DNA from: Moniliella sp. 'wahieum'
Taxonomy: Eukaryota
Direction: 5' to 3'
Assembly: GCA_003971905.1 (NCBI GenBank)
Contig: RSEE01000056.1
Span: 1 to 64,000, forward strand
DNA length: 64,000 nucleotides
This document shows positions 46,379 through 60,000 of this stretch, piece after piece. The notes under the pieces were generated by a model. The model was not told the DNA's origin. It saw only the letters and a program-made list of their open reading frames with translations, and ran no database searches. The first letter of the stretch is position 1, and each line of letters begins with the position of its first letter. A program made the position numbers and the translations under genes.

Positions 46379-49300
46379 ATGTCGACGCCGAAGGAGATCC
46401 CCAACTTAATGCAGGCTCCGGCGCCTGGCTATCCTGGTACGCGGCTGTCTGCTACACTGCATCCCCCTACTCCTCCTGTGCTCGCGCTAGTGAGCCGCTG
46501 GCATTGACCCTTCCTCTGTGTCACGGTGCATTCAGGCAACCTTTCGCCCACCCAGCTCGCCCTGCTGCGCGACATGTGGTCGGCATGGCATGCGATGTTC
46601 GATCGCGCATCTGCCGACCAATCCCACCTCCCTTCATCCTCTTCCAACTCGCCCGTGGCTCCCCCTCACCCCCCGTCGCCCTCCTCTCCTGTTGTCCCTG
46701 ATGCTGCTGTTTCAAAACCCCACCACACCAACCAAGGCAGGCGCCGCAGCGGAAACCTCTGGTGCTTCTTCGGCCTCAGAGATGGTCGATGCGCTCCTAG
46801 CGGCCTACTCAGGTCCCGAAGTGGAGCGGGCCCTGTGGGATCTGGCCAAAATGGACGATCCTGATTCCCTTTTCTGCCGTTTCCTGCGCGCCCGCAAGTG
46901 GGATGTTCAGGCCGCGCTCAATATGCTAACTGGTACTCTCAAATGGCGTCTCGACAATGATCTGGAGGTATGTTGTTTCCCTTGAATGTGGGAGGCTTGC
47001 GCTTACCACCGTACTGGTAGTCCTTGATTCGTGCTGGCGAGGCGAAAACCGCGCAAGCACTGCCCAACTTTGCCGACCAAGCCGCCTCGGGCAAGGCATT
47101 TGCATATGGGTCTACCGTCTCTGAGCAGCCTGTCACGTACATCATTGTCAAAAAGCATCTCGGAAGCGGACAACCCGAGGAGACGATGCAAAGTACATCC
47201 AGTTTGCGGTGGAATCCTTTCGGCTAGTTATGATGCCGCCGGCTGACAAGGTGTCGCTGCTCTTCTCCCTAGACGGGTTTGGCTTCAAGTAAGTTGCCTA
47301 TCTGTGGTAGAAGCTTGTGCGCATACTGACATTCCCCACTGTGCTAAGAAACATGGATTGGGCGACCCTCAGCTATGTTTTGTCTATTCTGGAGAAGTAC
47401 TATCCCGAGAGTCTGGGTACGTCTATGTTTCTGGATGCTCCTTGGGTTTTCAATGGCATATGGAAGGGCCTCGCGCCAATGCTCGATCCAGTTGTACGCG
47501 CCAAGGTCAATTTTATCAAGAAGCCCGCCGATGCCGCGCAGGTCATCCCGATCGACCGCTTTATCGCCAGCCTGGGCGGCAAGGCTCAATTCACTTATCA
47601 ATATCCTCATCCTCAACCCGGTGATGACTCGTTGATGGAGGATACGGAGACGTACGCCTCGTTGCTGGCCAAGCGTGACGATGCATGGCTCGCCTTTTTG
47701 GCTGCCACAAGGAGTGGTGTGCCACCACCACTACCTCGGTGGAAGACGCTCCGATCTTGGCTCGGCGGAGGCTGTTGGCCAAAAAGATCCGCGTGGCGCA
47801 TTGGGACATGGAGCCGTACTATCGACCCAAGACCTCGTTTGACCGCACAGGAGTGATCGATCGACGGGGGTTGGTTACTTGGTTATATCGCCAGCCAGAT
47901 GGGTCGATTTGCGACTGTGTGGGGGGCGTATGCGGCGCCCACGTTGCGTCGGGAGGTGAACGATGTGGAGCAGTTGGGCTTGACGGTGGACGAGGCTGAA
48001 GCTAAGACCCGCAAGGCGATACAAGACCAAGATTGGGTCGCCCTATATGGTTCCGTGGAGCTCGCAGTATAACGATAGAGGGGCGGATCATGTTCACATT
48101 CCTGATGAAGTATCCCCCCCTCGGGACCACTCGGCTCCCCCGCTACATAAGGCTGATTCCTATTCTGCTCCTGCTCTGCCCTCTGAGCGGAGTATGCCCA
48201 ACCTCTCGGGAGCATTCTCATCTACCGCTGTCGCTGCCACGACACCAACAGCCCCCACCAGTCCACCGCCTCTGGCTCGTCCCGTTGCAATTCGACGCGA
48301 TTCAACCGTTAGCGTCAAGTCGGCGGACTCATTTGCCTCTGCTTTGTCTGAGATGCCTGATGATACTGGGGATGCCACCGCCACCGACACTAACGCTGTT
48401 GCGAACACGCCTGTGGTGGGAGGAGAAAAGAAGCCAACAAGTGGATCATCTGCCCGCCGTCTTCCCGGCAAGCCATACCGTAATATTGGGGGGGCAATGG
48501 CACTTGAAGTGGGGCAGGAGGAAGCGTCTGCTTCTCCAGGATCGGTAGGCAACTTGACCGAGGAACAAAACAAAACCTCCGAGACTTGTGGGCCGCCTAC
48601 TTTGCGTGCAAGCGCTATGTTGAGTCATCGTCTTCATCCACATCGGTGGCCGATGCAGGGCCCAGCGATGACCCTAGCGGCAACGCGGTTATCGAAGAGG
48701 CAAAACCTGTTCTCGCCTCCCTCGTTGATGCTTATGGACCACAGCCGTTGAGCATATTTGGGAGTTTATCAAAATGGATCACCCGACTCCTCTTCCTGCG
48801 CTTCCTTCGTGCTCGCAAATGGGTTGTTTCCGATGCTTTGGTGATGGCAATTGATTGCATCAAGTGGCGCATGGATTATGATGTGGAGGCTCTTGTCCGA
48901 GGCGGTGACTTGGGCAACGCGGCCGTGTACGACAAGTTTCTCGATCACAACGTGTGGCTAAAACCTATGCCAAGGGCACTTCGATGACTCAACAACCTAT
49001 CTGTTACATCCATGTTGCCAAGCACATCACCTCAGCCCAGCCCCCCGAGACCATGGAAAATATGTCGTGTATGCAATGGAGACGTTCCGCTTGCTCATGT
49101 CACCACCACAAGAGAAAGCGACTTTGTTCTTTGACCTGACCGGATTCGGATTAAAGTCGAGTACGTCATGCCCTCCACTTTTCCCTTTCTCTCGCCCGTA
49201 TTTCATCCATTTCCCCACATATACAGAGACTAACATTTGTTTGCAGTGGACTGGAACACGGTGGGATTCATCATCAAGTGCTTCGAGTCGTTTTACCCTG

Positions 49301-51006
49301 AGTGTCTCGGTACCCTTTTTGTCCACAACGCTCCTTGGCTCTTCTCGGGCATTTGGAAAGGGATTGCACCCATGCTTGATCCGTCGTACGGTCCAAGATT
49401 ATATCTCTTCTTCAGCCAGGGACTGTGCCGAGGTTGTCCCCCCTGGGCGTCTTCTCGCAGCCTTGGGAGGTAACGTGGACAATGGCTTCCAGTTCCTCGA
49501 GCCTATCCCAGGGGAGAACAGCTTGTTGGATGACAAAGAGGGCTACGCTAAGGCCAAGGCGGTATACACTGGTTTGGCGGCTGAGTACGAGGAGGCGACG
49601 CGACTGTGGATTGATTCAGAAGGGAAGGACGTGGCCGTTCTCAACAAGCGGGCTATGATTGCCAAGCAGCTGCGGGGTGGCCCAGTTTGACCTCGAGCCT
49701 TACGTCCGTGGACAGACAATCTACCATCGCAACGGCACCCTTGATGGCCAGGGTAAGGTCACATGGCTCTATCGTCAAAAGATGGCCATCTCATCCGCCA
49801 TGTGGTGGCCGGATTTCATGCGTTGGAACCCTCGAGCGTGAAATTGCTGAGATGCAGGCAGGGGTGCATCGGCCGATGAGGTGGAGCGTAAATCTTCTGA
49901 AGCCCTCAAGGCCGCCGACTGGCTTGCCTTGTATGGCGACCCGGCCGTGGCGAACCATCTCGAGGGTACGACGTACATTGTCCCTGGTGCGGAACCGGCA
50001 CCTGCCCCTACATCGATGAGACGGATCCTGCAGCTGCCGTAGTGCCGCCTCCGCCGCGGCCCGCAGCCACTGCAGCTGCCGGGCTCCTTTGGTCGAAGGG
50101 GGGTCCGAGACCCGCGATACCGTACTGGGTCTTGGTCTCAGTCCCAGCCTGTCGCAGCTGCCGATACAGTCCGGGCATTTGCCGAACCCACGATGGGCAT
50201 AGGCGATCAGCCCTCAGGAGATCTGAGCTGGACCGAGTCGATGACTTCCTCAGTGACAGGCATCGCATCCGACTTGGCGGAACGGATGGGAAACCTCCAA
50301 GAGTTTGCACTCAACCGCCCGGAGTAGCAATGGACCTACTGGCGCCGTATCAGCGCAGTACGTCGCCCGGATCGCCCAGTTCGCGTTCGCCCCATGCACG
50401 CCGTTCCTCGCATCGTCTCTCGAGCCAGTTCTTTTACTGCCATCGCGGCTGCGCGGGAAAGCACAACAGACTCGCCAGCCACCGCGTCGCTCCGCGACAT
50501 CAGCGTGGCCGATCTTCCCTCTCCTGGTCCTCCACTTGGTTCTCTACCGACACTGGTTCTTCACACCACCAGGGGAGCGGATCCGGACAACCGCCGATCT
50601 CCAAGCTGCTGCGGCCTTGGCAGAACACTTGTCGGCCGCAGCAAGCGAATGGACCAATACATCTACGGCATGGTCCTTGGCTCCTCCACCAGCCCCGTCA
50701 GTGTCACGACGAGGCGCTGGCTGAATCACCCTCGTCCAGTCCCATTCGTGAAACAGGGGACACTCATCCGTCCAACTCTTCCCATTTGCTTGGCTCCATA
50801 CGTCTACTCACCGTGGTCATGGTCATGGTCATAGCCATGGTCATGGCCATTCAAACCATCACCACCCGCTCCTAGCCGCCCAAGCACCCCACCGCGTGCC
50901 CCGCATGCCCAGCAGCCCGGTCACGACTCCCCCGGCGAATCAGTGGGCCTCCCGCACGTCATTGTGTCAGCTCAATCCCCCAGAAAATACGGACAGTAGC
51001 CACTAG
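46379..51006 (+). CDS. Sec14/CRAL-TRIO lipid-transfer protein (CSR1/SFH2-like) with two tandem modules
   Basis: Module 1: PGYP|GNLSPTQ, DPDSLFCRFLRARKWDV, NMDWATL..LEKYYPESLG..DAPWVFNGIWKGLAPMLDPVVRAKVNF, WDMEPYYR. Module 2: PGSVGNLTEEQ, FLRFLRARKWVV, FFDLTGFGLK, DWNTVGFIIKCFESFYPECLG..HNAPWLFSGIWKGIAPMLDP, FDLEPYVRG. The 3' end is approximate. Confidence 0.88.
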
Positions 51007-51740
51007 TCCGTGCCTCTACCTTGATTGTCACTTCCTGCTTTCTATCGGCGTTTGGGACGTACATACAATACAGTATGGGCTCAAGAGTTTTCACCATTTT
51101 CTACGTTACCTGCTGCGTTTTCATCTGCTTTTTTTGATCGATATCCCCCCTTGTGAAGGGCTGTTTGTTCTTGAGATGCACAATACATGCAGCTCTTCGT
51201 TGCGCCAATGGTGGACTGACGACGACAGTCAGCACTGCAATCGCGAGCGATCTGACTCGTAGAAGCCTCTGATCTACCGAGGCGAAACACTTGCCTTCGG
51301 GCCTTTGCTTTGTTGGAAGGCTGCTTCGCAGCTCGTCTTGTTAAAACGCGGAGACCTCAATCAGCAGCATCAAAGGATGACGGTCGAATGAGTTGACCAT
51401 GGTGTTGTTGAGGATATATACTACGGTAACAATTTACTCTCACATAGGTACGATCGGCCTCTGCCTCTCCCGTATCGATAATCAGTTGCAGTTAAGAACG
51501 CGGTCTTTATTTGATGGATATGAGGTCTGATGCTCTGATGATTTCGATGATGCGGTGTGTACAAGATCAATAGATGCGGATGGCACGACGGTCCAGGAGA
51601 AAGTGCGAGATGGGTGCGGGGTGGAGAAGACGTAAATATGCCCAGGATTCAAAACCAAAAGAAGAATCGAGATGAGATCGATGACAGAGAGGAACCACAG
51701 GGGAAGCCTGAAGGGAAAGAAAAAGTACGGAGAAGGATCA

Positions 51741-54700
51741 TTATTCCCCCTGCCACACAGCCGGCCAGGAAACAGTGAGCAAGGTACGTCGATTGACGTC
51801 TCTGCATTGGTCGACGGGAGCGTGGCGAGGAAAGCATCGTGTTCCTGACGAGAGGGAAAAGGCGGGTCAGTACCATGAACACACATGAACGCACGTGCTT
51901 GATGGGGGGAGCGATTCAGCTGCCCAACAAGCACACCAAAGCAGTTAACAATTGAACGTACAAGAACGGTCTGTTCATACTCGCGTAGCACCTGCACCGC
52001 GTACGGTTGCAGCCGCCGATCAAAGCCTTCCTCCGTACCGTCCAAACCGGGATAGGAAGGGAGGACAGGGGAGCTGCAACGCGACAAGGTGGGAGTTGAG
52101 GTGGGTGCAGGGCCGGAAGGAAGCAAGCGTGCTGCGGGCCCAGGGACCAAACTCGCCCGGTGAAGGAAGGCGCTGGCGGTAGCAGGGCGAAGGGAACGGT
52201 GGTGGGTAGGCGAGGGTGAGGGCGAGGGCAAGGAACAGGTTCGGATTGCAGGTCAAACGCAGCATTTTCCGCAAGGTGTTCTTCGGACGAGAAAGCGTGC
52301 CCCATTGCGTGCATCGGGGCACGGGCAGGCTAGAGCTGGAGGAGAAGGACTTGGAGCGCCGAAGGCCAGTGTCGGAAAGTGTGCTCGGGTACTGCTGGTC
52401 AGACCGTGGAGGCGTAGGCGGCGTAGGCGTCGAGCGTCCCCCATTGTCCTCACCAGGAGGCAGGGCAAGGACATCATCGCCTGATGCCTCCATTCCTGAC
52501 ATTTTTCGTAGACCAAGCAACCAGCTAGACCGGCGGCGACGCGGGACGGATTGAGAACGATCGATACCCAAGATTTTATCAGATTTGGACGACCAGGTCG
52601 CCTCCATTTTGGGCAAGGGCGTGCTGGGGCGTTCCGATGGTTCATCTTCAGGGAACAGCAGCTGCTCGTCCGAGGCCGACTTGATAGGATGGATGCGGGT
52701 AAGGTCGGCAACCGGGCCAGAATCGGAACTGGACGAGGAACTGCATGGGCCCGCCTCATCACGAAGCTGCTGGTACCGTTCCCGCACCTCTTCAAGCCGA
52801 CGGTGGAAAAGGATGACAATGTGCTGGGTTGAATGGCCTTCTAGGTCGTCCGGAGGCAACACGAAGTCGGTAAGGTGACCAAAGCGGTAGACGAGCACAT
52901 GGAGAAAATATGCACGGATAGTAGGCGACCAAGAAAGGAGAAGTTTAGTAAATTTCTCTAGAAAGCAGCGTTTCGTCCACCAGGCTGCGACGGTGGACAG
53001 GGGGGACATGAACATGGCAAAGTTGGTGTAGCAAAAGGAGATTGTCCGCATCAGCGTCACGATGTGGTCAGTCTCAAGCAGAATGCGACGGATAACAGAG
53101 ATGATAAAGTCCACATCGACAACGTGGGCAATTGGCAAGCGCAGCTTAGCCAGCGCTTCCATCAGGGTGTCAAGCCAATCCAAAAGACAAAACACACTTT
53201 GAACATCATGCAGCGAAGTACGCTTGATGAGGAGGGAAATGTGCCACTGGATACTGGGGAGAAAGAGAACAGAAGACGCTTGTTGGTTCGATGGTAACAA
53301 ATCTCCAAGGTGACAGCGTCAACCACCGCTGAGACGCAATGGTTCGTGGCAGTCACAGGTGTTTGGGTTTGCCTGTGGTGCTACCAAGGAGAACATTGGC
53401 TGTTTCACCCGCAGGGTTACTGAAGAAAATGTGTTAGCATACAACGGTTGATGAATGTGAGCATGACATGAGACAAGGTACTCACAAGGCTCCACCAGAT
53501 ACTTGCTTGGTAACAGATGTGAGTGATCGGTGAACCAACGAAAGGCTCTTTTGGTGAATCGAGGCGGTAACGTGGGCAAGTCCCGGGGCGCCAAATAAAA
53601 GGGAATGGCATTCAGAAGGGAGGTTATTGCGCACCAACCGATCAATTTGACGATGAACATTGCGCAAAAAGGAAAAGATTACCTCCGAGTCGTCCGATTT
53701 GAATCGACGGAGCCAGTTTCCTTCCATGGCGATTCCTGGCCCTTGTGCTGAACCAAGTATACCATGGGCCGGTTCGAGGTGTTGTCCATCCCGTTCTCCT
53801 CAAGACCTTTTGGACGGCGAGTAGGGTTCACGCGCGAGAGGTAGGAGCGGGCATCATCAAAGCAGATTGCATGTAAGTGCTCTGGGAAAAAGCCAGGAAC
53901 TCCTCCCATGTTGCGCCAGAAGGGCAAAGCTCCTTCCACTTTGTTTCCTCTCGGCTACGCGATCGAGCACGGCACGCGAGATGGGAAGAGCACCAAGAAG
54001 TTTGTTTGCCACACCTGGGATGCGCACCAAAGCCAGAGAGAGGAGCCGTCCACCAAAGACAAGGTTGGTGTGATAGACACCCTTGTGATTCAACTCGCCG
54101 ACGGCATATTCCAAGCAGAAGTAGAGCATGTCGTCGAATCGCTCCCGCTCCGCTGGTTCTACCTCTGGACTTTGGAGGGCATCCATGCTCAGATTGCGGG
54201 CCTCGAATAGAAGGTTGATGCTCTCCAACATTGCCATACGGTCCGCTGCCATTTGGGCTGTCTTGACGGACCGCATTAGTTCGGAAATCCAGTCGAGGAG
54301 CAAAGCACGGCGGGAACGTGGGTCATTGTACCGTTGGAAATCCTGATCAGACGAACGCTGCTTGGACGGTGTGGGGCAGCACGGGCTTGCTTGCCCAACA
54401 GGCGGTAGGGTCGGTGGCGAAGGCACGATCGGCGAAATGACCATGGCTGATACGACGGGCGAGGGAGGTTCGCTCGAAGTAAATTCAGACAGACTCACCG
54501 GCTTGCTCTGGGGAGTGGAGGGTGCAGATGGTAGATCGGGGCGAACCAGCGGTCGTTCTTGCTCCATGCGCAGGAAGGACTGGAGTACGAGACGTAAAAG
54601 TTTGGCCCTCTCAAATGAGCGGCCCCCGGCCTCTAGACGCTGGGTAGCTTGGCGGAACTTGGGTAGAGCCAGTTCAATCGTCGCCCATGCGATGGCTGGC

Positions 54701-55709
54701 AATGCGTTCTCTCGCCCCGGAACGGTGTCAGGCGAAAAGGGTCCCAAAGGCTTAGGTGCCCATCGGTCTTGGGACGCCACCTTGGCAGAGTTGAGCGACC
54801 CGCACCGAATTGAATCTTTCGTTGATGCCGACTCGGAAGGGACGGTAGAGGCAATGACCGGGCTAGATGCCTGATGAAGTGTGACTGACGGACTGGTTTG
54901 GAACAGAGGCGAGGGTGGAGGTGACTCTGGTTCTTCAAGACCAGACGAGACGGACTGGGGAGAGTGAAGTTGGTTGCGCTTGTGAGCTCATTTGAGCTGG
55001 TCTCGGGCAAATCACTGCTCATGGTCTTGTTAGACAGTGCAGCAGCAGGACTGCCTGTATAGGAGGGCAGGGGCGCCGGTTGATTGTTGCCAGTAACGGC
55101 GGTCGAACGCGGAGAGTATAGAAGACCCTCTTGTTCCTTCACCGAACCTGTGTGGCGCAGGTCAGAAGAAACCAAAGGTGCGCTGAAGACCAATTCAGGG
55201 AGATAACTCTCGCTTGTTGACCGAGGCAAACGGACGACAGATTTTTCGCTCGCGGAAAGTGGGGGAAAATAGCTTTGGCCCACCGACGCGGGCGGTTGAA
55301 TTGAAAGAGACGAGTGGGGGCGCTCTGGCAGGGTGGAGGTGAATGTTCCGAGCCGAGAGGAAGGGGTGCATGAGGAAGAGCGGCGTAAAGGAGCTGGTTG
55401 GGGCGGTGAGGGGGCGAGTTTGCCCGAGGTGGAAGGGGAAGACGCAGGCAAGGATGATGCAGGTCCGGGCGTGTTCGTACGCTTTCGGAAGAGGGCAAGA
55501 CGACTGTAACGATGAGAAATGGCCGGAGTAGGGGCAGAAGCAGGTGTAGAAGGGACAGGGGCAGACACAGTGCGGGGTTCCCCTGGAGAAATGAGCTTGC
55601 GCCAGAAGCCAGAAAGGCCAGTGCGGCGGGCGAGCGGAGGGGGTGGATGAGGCGGACGCGGTGAAGACGAGACGGTAGTGGTCATGGTAGATGGAGGTAA
55701 TGGTGGCAA
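51741..55709 (-). CDS. DUF1765 / UPF0592-like conserved fungal protein with an S/P-rich N-terminus (frameshifted)
   Basis: RAKLLRLVLQSFLR, LVFGGRLLSLALVRIPGVANKLL, WLRRFKSDDSEVIFSFL, LIKRTSLHDVQSVFCLLDWLD, VDVDFIISVIRRILLETDH, LLLSWSPTIRAYFLHVLVYR, PYAVQVLREYEQ. Confidence 0.7.
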
Positions 55710-56323
55710 TGGAGGTGGAGGTGGAGGTGGAGAGGGGGAGGGAGAGGGAAAGGGACAAGACCAAGCAGGACAGGGCGGACCGAGCGCAGGCCGTCAAGGT
55801 GAAGGCCCAAGGAGGCAGCAGGCGGGATGGAAAGCAGGAGTATACCGATGGGCTTGGCATCAGTATAGGGGCAACAGTAAAACCCAGGACTTGGCTTGGT
55901 GAACAAGAGGCTTGGAGAATGTCTGTGCTGCACTGGGCGCTGTGTCGTGGTGGGCAGTGGCTGGCTGTGCTATCTGGAGGTGGGACAGAGGGGCTGTGAC
56001 ATGTAGCTGTGAGCTGTGCAGTCCGACACAGCAGCGCCGCAGAGGCCTTAGCATCCGATCAGGTGCTGGTATCCGGTGCGTGGTGATCCGGTGATGGAGG
56101 GCATCGATGATCTCCGATGTCCAACGCCGAAGGGGACTAGGAAAGGCCAAGGAGCCCAAACAGGAAGTTCATATTTTGAAAGCAAGGCAAGTATACACAC
56201 TGCCCCAGCGCCCATCGGCACAGGGGCGCAGCAGGCCGCAGCCGCTTTCCTGAAAAGACCGTCTAATTCGGGGGTCCTCAGCCTCTCAGGCCCTTGGATC
56301 TCAGATCGGAGAAGTCCGCACAG

Positions 56324-56388
56324 TGACTAGTGACTAGTGACAAGTGACCAGAGTGACTAGTGATCGATGATCGATGATCACTGATCGG
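56324..56388. repeat. Longest 7-bp-period TGA-NNNN array
   Basis: TGACTAG TGACTAG TGACAAG TGACCAG AG TGACTAG TGATCGA TGATCGA TGATCAC TGATCGG. Confidence 0.9.
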
Positions 56389-56851
56389 GGGTCCGAACTG
56401 ACGTGCTGACCGCTGGTCGCACTCGAAGATCGATGATCGCAATGATCCCCCTTGTTGGCCGAGACGACGTACATCCGCATCACACACACCCTCCTACAGT
56501 CTACCCTATTCTACCCTGGTCTACAGTCTACCAGAGTCTGCCTCACTCGCTGGGGCAGGCTGGGACCCTCCAGAGGCTGTCAAGCCGCACCCGCCGCACA
56601 AGTCGCACGTCCCCCCTCCCACGCCAGGACAATGTGCTGCCTTCAAGATTCATATTCACGCGCCATATCCACCCGTCACGCCTCACGTGTTGCCAGGCTG
56701 CTGAGGCTGAGGCGCTGAAGCCTATACGGAGTACTGAGTACAACTGAAGACAGCTTGAAGCGCTGAAGCTCTGAGTTTGAACAGTCTTGAAGCTCTTCAA
56801 ACGTGAACCTCGTGTGGAGCTTGAACGCAACAGCTTGAACTTAATCAAGTC

Positions 56852-57011
56852 TGTCGGCCTCGCTACTACCACAGAATGTGAGCACTGAACGTCGTATTGG
56901 ACTAAGAAGCTTCTGCGACTGACTCGTCCAGAAGACTGGTGCGAGCTCGGAAGGAATGAAAGCTGACTCACGTGACTCAGGGTCCGCGCGGTCCTAGGAC
57001 GGATGTCAACA
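56852..57011 (-). repeat. 3' LTR (160 bp)
   Basis: Plus strand TGTCGGCC...GTCAACA, identical by eye to 61751-61910. Confidence 0.97.
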
Positions 57012-60000
57012 CCCCCGCTGACCGGAGGGCCCAGTCATGTGGACTGGATCCATCTCCTCGACGCGGAGTTGAGCAAGATGGCTTGTCAGGGCGGGACGGC
57101 CGAGAGGCTTGGTGAGGACGTCCGCTGGGTTCCTTTCGCCGGGGATGTGTACAAGTATGGCCTCGCCCGAGTCCACGTGTTGCCGTACATTGTGGTACCG
57201 GATCTTCAGCTCTCGGAGCTTGCCGGTGCTGCCAAATTTGTGGGCGAGATCGACGACAGACTTATTGTCGCAATACCAATGAATGGGTGTACCCTCGCCG
57301 ATGGCCCCAAGCTCGATCATGATGTTCTTGACATAGTTGGCGTCAACCAGTCCATCATATCCTGCCGTATATTCGGCGGCGGCGGTACTGGTAACGCTCT
57401 TCGGCTGAAGAATGGATCGCCACGACACCGGCACACCGTACACCATCAGTAGGCATCCAGATGTGGAGCGTGCCTGGATGGGATCTCCCGCCAAGTCGGA
57501 ATCTGTATACAGCGCAATGGCCGGTGCATCTGATGTTGGGGTCAACCTCAGGCCCTTTCCTCGAGTATGGTACAGGTAGCGAAGGAAGTCATCGACTGCT
57601 TGATGATGCTGCTGCGATGGGTCGGCAGCGGCTCTGCTGAGGGCCGTGATAGCGAAGAGGGAGTCAGGCCGGCCCATTCGTGCAGCCCACAGTCCCGATC
57701 CGATCTTCCCCTGATATGCCTTGCGCAAGGCTGGGAGGGATGGGGGTTCAGGGTCGGCACGGGGCGGTATCATCCGTACGGGATGTGGGAGAGTCCGGAT
57801 CCACGGGGCTTTGATGTGGTGCTTTGCCACCACTTCCTCGATGAACTTTGGTTGGCTCAGGTACAGCTCCCCACCGATCCGATCGTATTGGCATCCCAGG
57901 TGGTAGTGAAGGGGACCGTTACCACGAACATCAATGTGTGTGTTTATCTCGGCCATAAACTCCTCGTACTTTTGGTGTGACTTGCATGCGAGGAGCAGAT
58001 CGTCGGTGTGGACCGCCAGGAGGATCTGCTCACCCGGTGGTGCAGCGCGCACGAACAAGCAGGGCTCGGTCAAGCTTTGCGTGAAGCCGAGCTTGTCACG
58101 CAGCAGGTTCCGGATGTATCGTGCCCAGTTTGCTCCGCTCTGATGTAGCCCGTATAGACTCTTCTTGAGACGCCACACGCGACCACCCGCTTCGGGGAAG
58201 TAGGGGGGTGGGCGGATGTAGACTGCTTCTTCGAGGGGGGCGTTCAGGTACGCTGCATTGACGTCCGCCGAGAAGAGGCCAAACTTATACTTCTCGGCCA
58301 GCACGACGAGGGTCAGGATGGCAGGTGTGCGCACCGATGGTGCGAACGTCTGGCCCCAAGTCTCGGCCGATTGTTGGTGTCCGCCCGCGACAAAGCGCGC
58401 GCGGTGGCGCAGGAACCGGCCCTCGGCGTCCGTCTTTGTGGTGATGCGCCATAGTCCTATGAGGATTTGTGCACCCGGTGGTGGGTACGTAGCCTCGTAG
58501 GTGCCGTATCGCGCGAGTGTGGCCACCTCGTCGGCCATAGCCTGCTTGACCATGGCAAAGGAGGGGTGAGTCTCGAGACCCTTGAGCGTCTTGGGAGCGA
58601 GGGGTACGCCATCCTTGGTGAGCTGAACCGTGTCCGGGTGGATGGGTGCGCTGAGAGCAGTCATGGCGGCGTATTCGGGAGGTTGAACTGTGTCGGCAAA
58701 CGGGGGGGCGGATGTGTCAGGTAGGGGGCGGGCGATGCCGATCTCTGGTGCGGCGCAGTGGGGCGTGGCGGCTGCAGCACGAGCATGGTAGGTCGTGTCG
58801 GTGGGGTCGTCAGCGATTGGGAGTGTGTGCAGGTCGAGGGAGGTGCGGGTGGTGCGCTGGCGGAGGGGGTAGCGGCGCGGAGGGGGGTGGTGGTGGGAGC
58901 GGGTGTCTGGGGTGTGGCGGCGGTTCGGGGCATGGGTGCTGCCGCGGCTGGCGGAGTAGGGTTAGCGTCTTTTTCACTGTCGATTTTAATTTGAGGTGAT
59001 TTGGAGATGTCGGGTGGGAAGTGGTCGGGGTGGAGATGGGGGTAGATGGCGTTGCCCCATTTGTACGGTTTCGACCAGCGGTAGGTGAAGGTACCCAGGG
59101 ATGGTTGGTATGTGGCGAAGAGCCATCCCTTTGATCCGCGCTGATGGTGGTATCCTACCAGCATACCTTCCTCTGCCCGCGCGCTGAGCTTGTGCTCGCG
59201 GCGTGACTCGGGCAGATGGAGGTATGCAACGCGGCCAAAGGGTTGCATCGGTAACGAGTATGCGTGGCCTTTGTATCGCTCAAATCGCGATTTGTTGTCT
59301 TCCCCGGATGTTTTGAGTGGCATTTGGTTTTGGGTGAAGCACGCAGCGTGGAGGCTGTGTTCCCACCAGTCCGACGTCGGAAGACCTGTACCCAAGAGCA
59401 ACTGCCTTGCACGAGTCGTTATGGTTCGGATGGCACGCTCAGCCACACCGTTGCTAGCACTCTGCCCCGGGATTGTCCGTTCTGACGTGATGCCTTGCTC
59501 GTCCAGAAAAGGTTGCAGTGCGCTTGTCAATTCGGGGGCGTTGTCCGTGCGCAAAGTCCGCAGCAGTCTGTCCGGGCCGTAGCGTTGCTCCCGCAATATG
59601 AGGTTCCGCAGTTCCTTCGTTGCAGCGCCCTTTGTCGGGATCGCTGTGGTGAAGACGTACCGCGTGAAGTCATCAACGGCGACGAGGGCGTATCCGTGCC
59701 CCATGCCGGTTACCCGGGGGAGGTCTACTACGTCGACGTGGAGGACCTCGAAAGGTCTTTTGGATCGGAGGCGGTCCCGGCTCGGATGGGGCGATGCTGT
59801 CGCTAGTGCCACCGCGCATGTTGGGCAATCCCACTCTGAACGACAGAGGGAGATATGCTTGGCTGTGACGCGGAGGCCTGCGGTTTCCGATCGTGTAAGC
59901 CAGGGGAGGAGGTCGATGGCTGCGTGGTTCCAGCGTTTGTGGGCTTTAGAGACGTGGTCCAGGGCCAGGGATGCTGCGAGGGAGTTTGGGGTTGAGGGTG

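Noticed and set aside
56324..56388. CRISPR-like or telomeric interpretation of the short arrays
   Set aside because: Eukaryotic DNA, no repeat-spacer architecture, no cas genes, and the unit differs between loci.
58661..58900. Programmed frameshift or separate ORFs between integrase and RT
   Set aside because: The RT frame is open upstream through PPRRYPLRQRTTR, a typical copia linker motif, next to a C homopolymer (58882-58887). A 1-nt assembly indel is more likely.
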